Source: Adineta vaga | Taxonomy: Eukaryota; Animalia; Rotifera | Assembly: GCA_021613535.1 (NCBI GenBank) | Contig: CP075493.1 | Span: forward strand, 15,996,001 to 16,060,000 | Length of the DNA: 64,000 nucleotides | Direction: 5' to 3' | Part shown: positions 38,858-51,540 of the stretch, piece after piece | How the letters are laid out: every line of letters begins with the position of its first letter | Position numbering within the stretch: position 1 is the stretch's first letter | Made by a program: the position numbers and the translations under genes | Notes under the pieces: model-generated | What the model was told of the DNA's origin: nothing | Database searches by the model: none | The model's input: the letters and a program-made list of their open reading frames with translations, nothing else

Positions 38858-39805
38858 TTCAAAATATGTTTGTTGAATACTTTCTACAACTTTAATATCG
38901 TAGATATGAAGAAAAAATTTTAATTTTAATTTTTTTTCATATATTTAAGCAACATTGAAAATATTTTCTCGAAGAAATATTCTATTCATCGATAACAATG
39001 GAGAGAAAAAAGGCAGTCTTAAAAGATAAATAAAGTATTAATTACAAGTGTCAATAAGTTTTATTGTATTCTTTTTAATTTGATCATTTTATTTTTTTAA
39101 CAAACCTGACCATTATTATGAATATTGTTAGTTCAAAAGAAGATATAATCATTATCATAATCACGTATTTCTGTATAATTAATATTCTTCATCTGCAAAC
39201 CAAAAAATACTATTTCTTTTTTCAAATCACGTATTTCTTCATATGAACATGAATGAAGATATTTATACTAATCTAAAATCCTCGCTTATTGTTATATCGT
39301 CTGTATACTGTATATTAATAATTTTATTTATTTATCGATGACTAAATCGAATTACGCTTAGTAGTATCGTTAAAAACGAAGTTGAGTAATTTTGTTAAGT
39401 AAGCGTATTGCTGTTGATATTCTGTAACTCTCACACATACATCCACCTAGAAATATCTGAAATTAAATTTTATCCGAATCCATCATAACAATTTCTAAAT
39501 CGTTAAATTTGTTACTTGCATGGCCTCACACATATTCTCATTCACGTCCACACCATCAAGTTCTTCTGCTTGTGTATAAACTGTTAACTTTCGGAAATCA
39601 TTTCCGACATAGATAGCTCTAGGACTCTTTCCTTAAAATTGATTGACATCATGAAGTAGATGCCCGTAATGTTTGTGCATATCTCATGGCCTTCAATGAG
39701 TATCGCTCGGCCGACGCGAACACCTGGTTCATCAGTATTCCTATTAATGGTCCCGTTGGCAGCACATCGAATTTCAGTCCATATTAGTTCAGTTTCATTC
39801 ATCCT

Positions 39806-39861
39806 TCTTGAGGGTAGGTGTGAGTGAGTGAAGACTGAACAATCACCCACACCCACACCCT
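39806..39861. repeat. Telomere-like inverted linker (two-armed)
   Basis: TCTTGAGGGTAGGTGTGAGTGAGTG, 13 nt spacer, then CACCCACACCCACACCCT. Confidence 0.9.
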
Positions 39862-40082
39862 GATGGAGAAAAGGCATAGTCTTCAAATGACAAGGGAACC
39901 ATTAAAGAAAGCGATCCAAACAGCACAACTCATTCGAAAATATTGAAGAGGTACATAAAAAAATGAATACTTCTGCTTTGCACTCCTACAACTAAATCGA
40001 CAATAAAACTAATCGGAAAGATAACTCATTTCAATATAACATCATCATAAGAATCTTCAGTAGAATCAGCACACGTCAACTA

Positions 40083-40265
40083 GACCGGTTATCAGAAGAT
40101 GTAGGTTCTTTGAGTCCTGCTCGTATTTTATGATCTTTCTTTACAAGTTTTTCGTACTTATTCAGACATTTCCATATGGTTGCATTCTATTGAAATTTAT
40201 GTATATTTCCGTGGATAGAAGTTACGATTACTTAAGTTTTTTAACTCTTTAATTAAATTATTTAA
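40083..40265 (+). mobile_element. tRNA-headed SINE-like repeat, copy 2 (5'-truncated)
   Basis: Closely matches 15583-15763; lacks box A; ends at the same position in (CACACC)n. Confidence 0.65.
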
Positions 40266-40291
40266 ACACACCCACACCCACACCCACACCC
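40266..40291. repeat. Telomere-like linker, C-rich half-site
   Basis: ACACACCCACACCCACACCCACACCC. Confidence 0.85.
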
Positions 40292-40973
40292 GTATACGAT
40301 CCATATCCAGTAGTCCGTGAATGAAACACGGAAACTGCACCCTCAACCGCTTTGGATGCGATGACCGGATCCAGGTTTCAGGTACGGGTATCGTAGTGCT
40401 CGGGAACTAGCTCGGAAACGGTCATCGGAATCCCTGCACGGGAATATACGGAAATTTTATCGGTTCCAGTCGTTTCCCGCCGTACCGAATTGATCTGGGA
40501 TGCTATTAAAAATCATCGTGTTTGTCCATCATGGGTTTTCAATGTAAATATTTAAATATTTAGAAGAAAGTATTTTTTATTTTATTTCAGTCGTTAACAT
40601 CATTGAAACCATCAACAAAAGTTCTTCATTTATCAGAATTTGATGAGAAAGAAGTTGTTTTATTATTATCAACACCACCGGTTACTTTTCGTCATTTTTC
40701 ATATATTATAAACCAAATATTGGAATACTTAAAATAAATCCATTTATATATTCAAACTTTTCATTTTATATAAATATTTAAACTATCTATGGTAAAATGA
40801 TTAGCACAAAATAGAAATAAAAATAGCCGAACGCATATAGAACTTCAGAATAATGATGTTACTATGAGTTAATAAACATAGGATCTAATTTTAGATTGCC
40901 GAAATTTTATTCTTAATGTTAAATAAATATTGATGAGAGATAAAAATGAATTGGAAATATAAAGATTGATTGA

Positions 40974-41543
40974 TTATTGATTGATAATCGGTATACAAAT
41001 TTCATTTTTTCTAAAATAAGGAATTGTATATGGAGGATTATAACCAAAATAAAGAACATCCTTTCTATTTGAAGATAATTCAATTCCATCACAATGAGCA
41101 GCTTCTCGAAGTTCTTTTTCTTTTGCTGCAATTTTTTCTGTTGACATTGACATATTGAATGTAATACATGCCATATTACGTGAATTTGATACTTCTACTA
41201 GATGAATATTTCCATCATTTGCTGTTGGAACTTGATCCAATGATTTAAATGTTGATGGTGACATTATAAATGACATTGTCCGTTTGATAACATTGTCATT
41301 TTCAGTTTGTTGTATTATAACAGGAGCTGTCATGGAGATTTTTGTTTGTGTATTGTTATTTCCAGATATAAAATTAAATAATGGAAAAAATCCAGTTGTA
41401 GATTTCGATGTAAAACCTGTATTTGGCGGAAGTTCATACGTATTTTGTGCTAGAAATTGTTTATGATATCGACGAATTTCGTAGGTGTCTTTCTTTGCAA
41501 TAACATCGTATGGAGGAGTTTCAACACTAATACCACCGAACAT
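40974..41543 (-). CDS. SOUL/heme-binding protein
   Basis: ETPPYDV..YEIRRY, F..LFNFISGNN, KISMTAPV, YNPPYT...RKNEI motifs. Confidence 0.9.
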   Translation of the reverse strand: MFGGISVETPPYDVIAKKDTYEIRRYHKQFLAQNTYELPPNTGFTSKSTTGFFPLFNFISGNNNTQTKISMTAPVIIQQTENDNVIKRTMSFIMSPSTFKSLDQVPTANDGNIHLVEVSNSRNMACITFNMSMSTEKIAAKEKELREAAHCDGIELSSNRKDVLYFGYNPPYTIPYFRKNEICIPIINQ

Positions 41544-42090
41544 CGTTTGATTTATGTAAAATTAAATTTTGCGTAAAAAGTTTTTTATGTTGCTGCTTTT
41601 ATAGACATCGCCTAGTTATTATTATATAACTCTATCGATTATATAAGCGTTTATATAATGGTGGTTACATAACTTCATTTTACTCACTAAGGTTAAAATA
41701 CGAACATACTTTTTTCTTTCTGTCGTTGCATAAAAAACGAATGAATCATAGAAATTTCATTACAGAGTCACTGATATAATCAGCACTCTACGATCTTATT
41801 ATAGATGTCACTTCAGAATGTTGCTGAGAAATTTAATATGCATTGTGCCAGTTTATGAGAACATAACAGTTTTACAATAGATCAAAAATATATTAAATCT
41901 TTATTTTGTTCGTTCTTGTTCTTAAAATAAAAGCTCTCTTATTCCAATCATCTCTGCTCAAATACTATAGTTACTCACATTTGAATTATTCGGTTGTCTT
42001 ACAGATAATAAGATAACTCTCAGCTAAAGATATTATTTTTGAGTTTATACCCGTTGTTGAAAAGCAGCGAAATAGCAAAAAATGAATATA

Positions 42091-42148
42091 TCTGAGGGTG
42101 TGAGTGAGCGTGAGTGCGTCTAATGAGCACACACCCACACCCTCAAGA
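42091..42148. repeat. Telomere-like inverted linker (two-armed)
   Basis: TCTGAGGGTGTGAGTGAGCGTGAGTGCGT, 8 nt spacer, then CACACACCCACACCCTCAAGA. Confidence 0.9.
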
Positions 42149-42546
42149 ATAAGCTATCAGATAAAAGAAGTGATATAACCCAAAAACTGCGGAAATTCAA
42201 CAAAATAGTACCCTCAGAGAAGCGCTATTTTCAACTTTTCTCAGGAGGTATAATGAGCCCCATATTTATTTTTCCTACAGGACATAGATTTCATCGTCAA
42301 GATACATCTCTTCTCACTAAATTGCAAGGAGATAAAACATAGACGTGCTAAGTTACCATGGACCACACTGTATGCGACCTTATCCTGTAACCATTAACTC
42401 TACTCTCAAAATGATATAAAATCTTTAGAAATCACAGAAATTCAGTTCAGCTTGGAAAACTGAATAAGAAGAGTTATTTTTTAATGGATTTGTGTTTGCA
42501 TCTAGGGGTTTACGATCGTAAGCAACCTTATCAATCTATAAGATAC

Positions 42547-42729
42547 ATGGATATGTTAAAATACTGTTTTGTTATAGATCCTGTACATAAAGATCGAGAA
42601 CAAATTCGACGAAAGAAACAAGTAAAAAAACGAAAAGCAGTTATTCAACGATTGGTCTATTTCGATACACCACCAGAAGTGCCGTCATTAGGAAAGCAGA
42701 TTTCGACCATCAAAGAATCAGCTGTCTAA
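42547..42729 (+). pseudogene. Orphan cytoplasmic-tail fragment of an NHL/EGF-TM paralog
   Basis: MDMLKYCFVIDPV...IQRLVY matches MDILKYGFGIDPV...IQRFVY of the 35920 gene. Confidence 0.65.
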
Positions 42730-43237
42730 AGAAATACTAATTTAATTAGTGTGTTTTTGTCTTGCTTCTTTACTTCTGCTTTCAATGTGGTTGTGAAAGT
42801 ATTACTTCTGTATGTGAAAATAAACGGTTTTTTTTGAGCGAATATATTTAAGTTCGAATACATATCTATAGAGCGAATGTGTGTGACGTAGGATATCCTA
42901 GAATAAGATTCGTGTTTTTCTACAATGGATTCGACTACAGACCAATTCCAACTCTGATCTCATTGGTCCCAAGTAGATATCGAAGAGCTCTATCGATCCC
43001 ATATATCACTTATTTTCGAGACCTCCGCCCCTACCGCCGAAAAATGCAAAATATTGTTAAAAAAAGGCCGCAAAATTGCTCAAACTTTAGTAATATCCTC
43101 TGGGATTCGCCACTCAATCGATTCCAACACTGTCATCACTGGTTCCAAGTAGAGCTCGATTAGCTCTATTGATTGCACTAAAGATTTTCCTCATTAGATC
43201 CTTCCTTACCCGTTAAAAGCTGAAAATACTACTAGAA

Positions 43238-43286
43238 AGGGTGTGGGTCAGACTATACTCTTAACTCACACCCACACCCTCAGGAT
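43238..43286. repeat. Telomere-like inverted linker (two-armed)
   Basis: AGGGTGTGGGT, spacer CAGACTATACTCTTA, then ACTCACACCCACACCCTCAGGAT. Confidence 0.9.
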
Positions 43287-44322
43287 TCCATTCCCAATGA
43301 TACCAACAATAAGAAGAAAATAACCAGTATAGAGTACTTATTGTTGAACATCGTACAACAATGTCATATTGATAAAATGCGTAAATTAAATAAAAAGAAC
43401 TTTAATATAATCAACAGAAGAAAAGTGCGATCGTGCAGTTTGTAAGCTTATATTATATAGAATCTATATTTGTATTTTATTACTATAAATTAAATATTTT
43501 CTTTTGTAAAATGTATCCACGAACTTCTATTCTTTCATCCAGTTGTAATAAACGACATTGATATTGAGACTTCATCTATTGAATATAATTGAATTTAATG
43601 ATTATCTTTTTAAAATGTTAATACAGGAGAATTTAAAGTTGAAAATATTTCAATATTACTCGATCTCGCTAATACTTGAGTGAAAAAAGAAGATCGAAGG
43701 GATCTAAACGAAGTAAAATGAAGATTTGTGTGTGAGAGTCACATATTTATATATCAACTTCATCGACATTATCAAGATTAGATGCAATGCATTAATTTAT
43801 TATAGTAGCATATGTTACTTGGAAACATACTCAAAGATGAAATGAAATATACGCTGTTTGACAACTTTCCAATACAAAGTAGTAGGCCTGCAAACGTATT
43901 TTATATACATTTAATCATTGATTCAAATTAAGGTGAACTCGTATTAGTTGAAATGAATAGTGGTGTTTCGTCTATAGTTCAACAAATTGGCATACATGAA
44001 AACCAAGCTTTCATTTTAGCATTGCTTCGAAAAATAGAAAGTATAGAGAGTGAGAGAATTTATAATTAAAATAGTGAACACATATAGATATGAATATTTA
44101 TTTTCATAAAGAGAAAATAAGATTAGTGACTCTTGCTTGTTCTTTTCTACCACGCAGATGTTATAATCTATATGATGCTCTATAACGTATTGAATCCGGT
44201 ATGAAGAACAACAACGACATTAGCTTGCGACGTATGCGACGAAATACAACATCATTTAGTTAGTTATTGTTTGCAAATGAAAATCTTGATTTCTGTTCCT
44301 TTATTATTATCATCTTTTTTCT

Positions 44323-45096
44323 TTATTGAGATTTTAAAAAATTTGCAACAACTTCTCCTAATCTTGCATAACCTTTAACATTAGGATGAGCTGCATTTTT
44401 TGGATGAAGATAATCATCAGCATATGGATCAGTTGAAAAAATTTCATGACCAGTAAATGCTGTTTTAATATCAGCAATAAAACCAATTTTAGCATCATCA
44501 GCAGCTTCTTTAATTGTATTTGCAAGATGATCTATTAAACGACGACAATCATTTTCATTGGGAACTTTATTTCCTCTACTAACGAAATCAACATAAGGTA
44601 ATGCATAAATTTTTGTTGTTGATGGAACAGATGATTGAATTAATTTATGTGTTGCTACTAAACGTGCTTTTAAATCAGTTACTTTCTGTGCAACAGCTGT
44701 ATAATTATTATGTAAAATAATTGATAAAAGTGCATCTTCAACACCCATATCATTTCCACCAATTGTAAAGAGAACATGAGTAGCATTTGATAAAACTGAT
44801 TGGGCCGAACTCAGTTGACCTGGTATAGCTGTTGTTCGAACACCATCTCGAGCAAAATTTCTTGCAGACCATCCTAATAGATTAGCAGCAACCATTGTAT
44901 ATGATTTCGAATAACCACCAACAGCACCCGATGCTGTGAAAGAATCGCCAAAGGCAACAATTAATTTGTCATTACCTAAAATATACATAGTTCATAACCA
45001 AAAAAAGGATTGAAGTTTCTTCATAATATATTAACCTTGTTGAAATGAATTAATAATCAAAGTGGAACAGATAACAATGAAGAATGAAGATAACAT
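44323..45096 (-). CDS. Secreted SGNH/GDSL hydrolase; 2 exons: 45096-45036 and 44975-44323
   Basis: Signal exon MLSSFFIVICSTLIINSFQQ, 60-nt GT-AG intron, then GDSF, TIGGND and HPN..GY blocks. Confidence 0.85.
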
Positions 45097-46439
45097 CGTA
45101 AGATATGTGCAAATACGAGCAAGCAAAATAAAAACCGTATTCTTTTTATATACGAATATGATATTCAATTTAGAAGAGTATGAGAAGGAAAAACATCTGT
45201 TTGGTATATCGGTGGAAAAAAATATGTAGGCGAAATCACGTATTCATATGAGAATAAGAAAATGAGGTCGTAATCTTTTAGTTATACGCACACGCACTAT
45301 ATAGGTACAGAACTTATCTGAATTGGAGGCGTGAAAAATCTCGTACTGATTCGATATCAATTTCTCAGAACATTTTCTTTTATATGTAGGTACACAACAC
45401 CTCACACGCTTTTTTTTTATCAAGTTCTTATGAACTTCCAGTGGATACTGTATGTAACGAAAAATGTCGAAGATCTTTTGTGATTGACACTTAATGTTTG
45501 AAAATAATACTTCTGTTCGCCATTCCTGAGAACGGAGCGTAAAAGTGACGCCTCGAAACATTACCAGTTACGTAGGTTATTCAAAAAATAACTGAAAACA
45601 TTGCTTAAATATGGTCAACATTCTAATTGTTACTTGTAGCCCGTTTCATTTTCTTCCTTCCGCTAAATACACCGCGGTGTCGTTAAAAAAACCGCTGATA
45701 TCAGCGGTTTTAATAAAAACAATTTTTCGTGGGAGCAAGATATTGTACCACCATCGCAAATCTTTGTTATTTCAGCACAAAAATTTCGTGATTATCTTCA
45801 TTCAGCAGAGGCTAATAATTTTCCCAATGCAAGCGAAGATGCATTGCTTTCAGGAGAAATGGATAAATTAATTAAATATTTGGCTGATGATATTGCTGTC
45901 CGACGAAATCAATAACACATCATAATTATAAAATGAACTAAATTCTTGAAAGAGGTATAAAAGACAAATAACCTTGACAGATAAAAATGTCTTTTCTGTA
46001 TGCTTTTATGCCTTTATAATAGAAATAAATATTTATTTTCTAATTAATATTGTTGTTCAAAAAGAAAATGATCGAGTAGATATCATATCATTTGACAACA
46101 GGAGAATAATACCTTTGAATTAAAGTATGAATAAGCACAACTATTGTGATAATTTCATAATCACGTATGTGCTTTTTTTCTTGAACGACAGTTATACTAT
46201 TATGTCTTTGATCAGGAGATTTTTGTGATGAGAGTATCAGAAATTGCAAAAAAACGGTGAAAATCCACCGATTAAGAATAGCTCGATTCCATATTTAGAT
46301 AAGTCTATGTAGATTGATAGCAGATATATCCAGTGCATCATTTACTCTTGATAAATTTGATTTATTCATTGGAATGTGTCTTAAATATCTATTTTCTTGG
46401 CTCTACGAGCAGCTGTATAATTATAATCTTTTCCAACTT

Positions 46440-47320
46440 GAAACAGAGATTATAATGATAATGAATTAGAACAAAGTACAACTTGGCTATATGCTTGTCT
46501 TGTAATCGGTAAGTGATATTGAAATTTTTTCTTTTTAATCTTTTCTAAAACTGACGTGAGTTAAGCACTATGAAACACATTGAAAATAAGAATGAGAGTA
46601 GAAATTACATTTGGTTTGCTACGGAGAAAATCATGAAAGTCTTTCTTTGTATATTTCATAAAAATTCTAAATCACTCTTTTGTTTCTATTTATTCTTTAC
46701 TTTCTTTAGTCTCTCTTTATATTATATTTTATATTACCTTATTACAACCACATTCTGAAATAATCAATGTATTCGATATTACGCATGATATCATTGAACA
46801 ATTACGAATGGAACATGCTGAAACTCTTTCATGTCCGTGTAAGATAACGAGCATATCCTATAAAACTTTCATGACCAATACGATCACATTACATCCTGTT
46901 TGTTCGAGTATTTTTGTGACGGATGCATGGGCCGAAGCTTTTTATCTTCAAGATCCAGGTGCGACCTGGACGCAAGATTTCACAAAAGTAGCTTATTCAG
47001 TAGTAAGTAAAAGTTCCATTTTTGCCAAATCACGTATCCTGATTTGATGGAAGGACTTATTCAGAATTTACTTTGATTAATTTTCTTTTCGTTTAGTTCA
47101 AGCTGTTGGCCAATCTATGCACATTGTGCAATAATATAAAAGATCAAAATAAGATTGATTTATACAATCGCGAGCTTCTCACTATCGAACTGCTCTCCAA
47201 AGAGCAACTTGAATCTCAAACAGAGTTCCTTGTTGAAATGTTTAAAAACAGTACCGCTATTCAAATTATCTCGCATATAGCGACTATCTCAGAACTATGA
47301 CCCATGCAAATTCGTTTTGT
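46440..47320 (+). pseudogene. 5' part of a multi-exon membrane-protein gene, truncated at a linker
   Basis: TWLYACLVI|intron...TLSCPCKITSISY...LHPVCSSIFV exons; coding-like sequence stops at 47320. Confidence 0.55.
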
Positions 47321-47370
47321 TGGGTGTGGGTGTAGAAGAAATGCCTCGGCCCACCCACCCACACCCTCAA
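47321..47370. repeat. Telomere-like inverted linker (two-armed)
   Basis: TGGGTGTGGGTGT, 16 nt spacer, then CCCACCCACCCACACCCTCAA. Confidence 0.9.
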
Positions 47371-47982
47371 ATTATTCCGGAATTTTTCATGTCGTAATAT
47401 AAATCATATTTGTACTCCAGCTTCATTTCTTTTACGTTATTTTATTATCTTAGCATAAATTGATCGATATTATGCTAGTGCAACGAATGTACATTTACGA
47501 AAATTTAGTTCTGTTTGTCAAATTAGTCAGTGGATGATTTTCAGTTGTATTAAATTATTTGCACTCTTTTTCATTAACATTCTAATTCGATACAATCTAC
47601 AACAAGCAACAAGCTATACTTATGGTCTGCAAAGAAATTCTCTCGATAATCAAATATTTATAATAACATCAGTTTTTCTGTTTGCTACAATTCCATCTTG
47701 TTTTATGATTCTTTTTCTATGGTTTTCCAACTATTGATAACACAAAAAGAATTAACTCGAATATTATTTTTTCAAGTGACTGTAGATATTTTACTAATTT
47801 TACTAGCAATTGTTGTCTATCTTATATCTAGTATCGTATTTATAGAAAAGAACTTATAATAATAATAATAATAATAATTCATAGAACAGTGACATCTTTA
47901 AATTTGAAAAAACACTTGCTTGTTTCTTTTCTTCCATAGTTCATGTAAATGAAGATGGCAAACTCGATAATATTCATAAAAA

Positions 47983-49830
47983 ATGGAAAATTCTCCTGCC
48001 ACTAATGATCAACAAAAACAAGCTCTAATTGAAACACTTCCAAACGAAGTAATCTACAACATCTTTAACTTTCTAACTACATTGGATGTTGTTCGAGGTT
48101 TTACACAACTTAATCATCGTTTTGATGTATTAGTACGATTTCATGTTAAAGAAATCGATCTAACTGATAGTTGGCAAGGAAACCAACAATATTTGCAACG
48201 CATCTGTGAGACAATTCAAACATTAAAAATCGATCGGTATCATACTTATTTATTGACGTCTTCATGTGATCGAACAAAGCTCACTGCTCGTCAACACAAC
48301 GATAAACACTTATTACAATCTATGATCCAAAAAATCGCAACTACAATACAATGTAGTTCATTTCGTTCAGCTCCAGCAAGTATTTATCGATTTCCTGCAC
48401 TTCAGTCACTTCATCTTATTAATATATCGAACTGGAACAGCATTATATCTGACATGAATCTAACAAATTTGAATCTTTGGTTCGATGATGGTATACATTA
48501 TTTTAATGCTGAAACAAAGATTCCTGCAACAATCATTCGATTCACTGCAAATGCTGTTCTTGATGCTCATTGTTTCCATTTGAATTTAATTTATTTGAAT
48601 GTATATATTTGTTCATTTGTACATCTGATCGAAATAGTTGAACACACACCCAATATTCAGCATTTATCTATCAGTTTCGCTAATCATTTTTCTGATTATG
48701 ATAGTATGGAAAACTATCAATCCAATCATTTTCAGACTATGATCGTTAATTTTTGTTCATTGACTAGTTTAACTCATTTATCTTTTAGTACGAAACAATC
48801 TCATATTATAGAAAGCAATGAATATTTTCCATTTGAACAAATTCAACGTTTCATTGATCAATGTTGTCCAACACAAACAATACTTAAAAAAGTCATTCTA
48901 AAATTTGATTGTGTTAATTTTTCACAAACTATGTGGTCAACAATCGTTCGATATAAAACTATATTTGATCATTTTCATTTCTATGCTTCATTCCGACTGG
49001 AAGATAAATCATGGAAAAATACAATTATTTCTTCTCTTGTCAATCAATTTGATTTTTATATCGAAGATGGTGATCCATTACATGCACAGATTCGTTTTAT
49101 ACATGTTTACTCTTTACCATTTATCTTTAATAAACTTCATGGATTTATTTCTTGTGAAGAACTCAGTACTCGTTCGTCATTTTCATCAGTTCGTCATTTA
49201 TATTTCATACAGACTCGTCTAGCTCGGCACATCTCATTTGCATCATTGGCAAATCGAATGCCTCGTCTAATGTCAATGGATTGTAATCTTTTCTTTGCTC
49301 ATAGTCATAGAATGAACATTCCAGAAGTGCTTGTAAATCGAGATAATTTCATTTATATTCGTATTTTCCGTTACGTATCACATTGTTGGTATCGAGAATG
49401 TGATTGCCATGATTTTCTTCCTCGATTTCTCCCTCTAATGCCACACTTACACGATCTCACGACTTCGGAAGAAAATTTTATCGATGGTCAACATTTATTT
49501 CCAACTATTAAACGACTCGATTTACGACAGTCTCGATTCGAATTATTCGACAATTTAATACGATATATACCACATTTATCAAAGATTTTTCTTGGTGTCC
49601 TACCTTCCAATTCACGAAATTTATCTTATTTTCTCAATTCTCTATTCATTAAAATTTCTTCACTAGAACTTGTTTCTTTTAACAACAATGTCCAATGTAA
49701 TGCTAAAGTACAATCATACAAATCGGCTCAACATGTTTTAGTTCTAACAAAGCGCATGGACAATCGACTTCGTCATTTGAAATTAGATTATAGATGTGGA
49801 ATAGTTGCATTTTATCTGCAAAATATGTAA
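47983..49830 (+). CDS. F-box protein with LRR-like region
   Basis: N-terminal IETLPNEVIYNIFNFL...F..LN.RF F-box motif; 615 aa intronless ORF. Confidence 0.8.
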   Translation: MENSPATNDQQKQALIETLPNEVIYNIFNFLTTLDVVRGFTQLNHRFDVLVRFHVKEIDLTDSWQGNQQYLQRICETIQTLKIDRYHTYLLTSSCDRTKLTARQHNDKHLLQSMIQKIATTIQCSSFRSAPASIYRFPALQSLHLINISNWNSIISDMNLTNLNLWFDDGIHYFNAETKIPATIIRFTANAVLDAHCFHLNLIYLNVYICSFVHLIEIVEHTPNIQHLSISFANHFSDYDSMENYQSNHFQTMIVNFCSLTSLTHLSFSTKQSHIIESNEYFPFEQIQRFIDQCCPTQTILKKVILKFDCVNFSQTMWSTIVRYKTIFDHFHFYASFRLEDKSWKNTIISSLVNQFDFYIEDGDPLHAQIRFIHVYSLPFIFNKLHGFISCEELSTRSSFSSVRHLYFIQTRLARHISFASLANRMPRLMSMDCNLFFAHSHRMNIPEVLVNRDNFIYIRIFRYVSHCWYRECDCHDFLPRFLPLMPHLHDLTTSEENFIDGQHLFPTIKRLDLRQSRFELFDNLIRYIPHLSKIFLGVLPSNSRNLSYFLNSLFIKISSLELVSFNNNVQCNAKVQSYKSAQHVLVLTKRMDNRLRHLKLDYRCGIVAFYLQNM

Positions 49831-49948
49831 ACATAATTATGTTTTTTTGAGAGTGAAGATGTTTTATCCTTTTTTTCGTCAGAACTACATGTTTTTTTTT
49901 TAAATTTTTGTTCAATAGATATATATACAATGTGATGTTACTTTAAAT

Positions 49949-50005
49949 AGGGTGTGGGTGTGTGTACGAGAATGGTATAACACTCACACCCACCCACACC
50001 CTCAA
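49949..50005. repeat. Telomere-like inverted linker (two-armed); a further half-site lies at 50245-50257
   Basis: AGGGTGTGGGTGTGTGT, 14 nt spacer, then ACACTCACACCCACCCACACCCTCAA. Confidence 0.9.
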
Positions 50006-50571
50006 TCTATGATTTTATTGAGTATTTTTTCAATCAAAAGAAACAAAATATGTTCAATTATTAAGAAATTTTATGCTTATTTAGCTATACGTTTTAGAAA
50101 TCGAAAAGAATATTATCCATATACCTATATGTGATGAAACACGGTTGTCTATTGCGTATAATTTGTTTCTTCGAGAAAAACATTTCATTTGTAGATTTTT
50201 ACTTTCTTCTGTATTCGAAGATGAAGATGTAGGTTTTTATGCAAACTCACACCCTCACTTGATATTGTTGTATTTTGTTTATTTCACAATTAGTTGAGAA
50301 TATTCTTAGTTTTATTCCATTGTATAATCTACATATAAAAAAAAACATGTGTTTAGTCAACCAATTGCTTACATATAGCGTAACAAATTGACTTTTGCAT
50401 GAATAATTTTAATGATGCTCTTAACTTGTCAATTTTTGTAACATAATGATTATCTTCTTTTTTTTTACAACGTGAGGATAAAAAGAAAAAGTTTCAGGTG
50501 CAAAAATATTCATCAAGAAATATAGATTGTTTTCTTCTTGTTATAATTGCCATATATAATCGAACATCAAT

Positions 50572-51540
50572 ATGACAATTCCTTCTATTGTTCAATTTTC
50601 GCTTTTTTTAATCTTTGTGATTCCATCGATTTTATGCAGTATTTTCAATCTTTATTATTTTCTTACGCATCGAACCTTTCGTCAAAGTCTTCACAATCAT
50701 GTTATTACATTTATTCATTCGTTTGGTCTTATCTATATGATTACTGATTGTATCTGGCTTATTCATTATTATCGTACTAATTCAGCATTAGTATCAATAC
50801 CTCTATTTTGTCACATATGGGCTTATGTAGATATTGCTGGATTTGTTTCAATAATAACTCTAACAAGTTGGGCATCAATTGAACGGCATATTCTCATTTT
50901 TCATCAAAATTTACTTTCAACACCATTCAAACGTATTCTTTTTCATTATTTGCCATTGATTATCTTCAGTATTTATCCATTCATTTTTTATTTTATTGTC
51001 TTTTTCATTCTATCTTGTGATGTTCCAATGGATTATAATCAACCAAATTGTGCGTTAGGTTATTGTACATCCACATATCCAACATTAGCTGTATGGGATA
51101 GTTGGGCAAATAATATAATACCAATTTTTACAATTGTTATCTTTAGTATCGCTCTAATTGTTCGTGTTTGGTATAGTAAATATCGAATGCGTCAACAATT
51201 TCAATGGAGAAATTATAAAAAACTGGCATTTCAATTATTATCAATCTCTTTTCTTTATTTCTTTTTATGTTGGCCAACAACAATCTTATATACAGCTTAT
51301 ACATTTGGTCTATCGTATGATGTAGGTTTGGATTACTTTTTAAATTCTTTTTATTTCTCTTATTTTATCATATTATTCACTCCTTTCGTATCTATTGCTT
51401 CGTTACCGGAACTACGAACAAAATTTCGAAGAATCATTCGATTTTGTCGCCGAGAAAGACATCGAATTGTTCCTGAAACAGGAGGATTGAATCGTTTGAA
51501 AGATCGACGAACCATCGGAATTATAGGTACTGTTCAATAA
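50572..51540 (+). CDS. Orphan rhodopsin-like 7TM GPCR
   Basis: Seven TMs, WASIERHILIFH (E/DRY-like), CWP in TM6. Confidence 0.85.
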   Translation: MTIPSIVQFSLFLIFVIPSILCSIFNLYYFLTHRTFRQSLHNHVITFIHSFGLIYMITDCIWLIHYYRTNSALVSIPLFCHIWAYVDIAGFVSIITLTSWASIERHILIFHQNLLSTPFKRILFHYLPLIIFSIYPFIFYFIVFFILSCDVPMDYNQPNCALGYCTSTYPTLAVWDSWANNIIPIFTIVIFSIALIVRVWYSKYRMRQQFQWRNYKKLAFQLLSISFLYFFLCWPTTILYTAYTFGLSYDVGLDYFLNSFYFSYFIILFTPFVSIASLPELRTKFRRIIRFCRRERHRIVPETGGLNRLKDRRTIGIIGTVQ

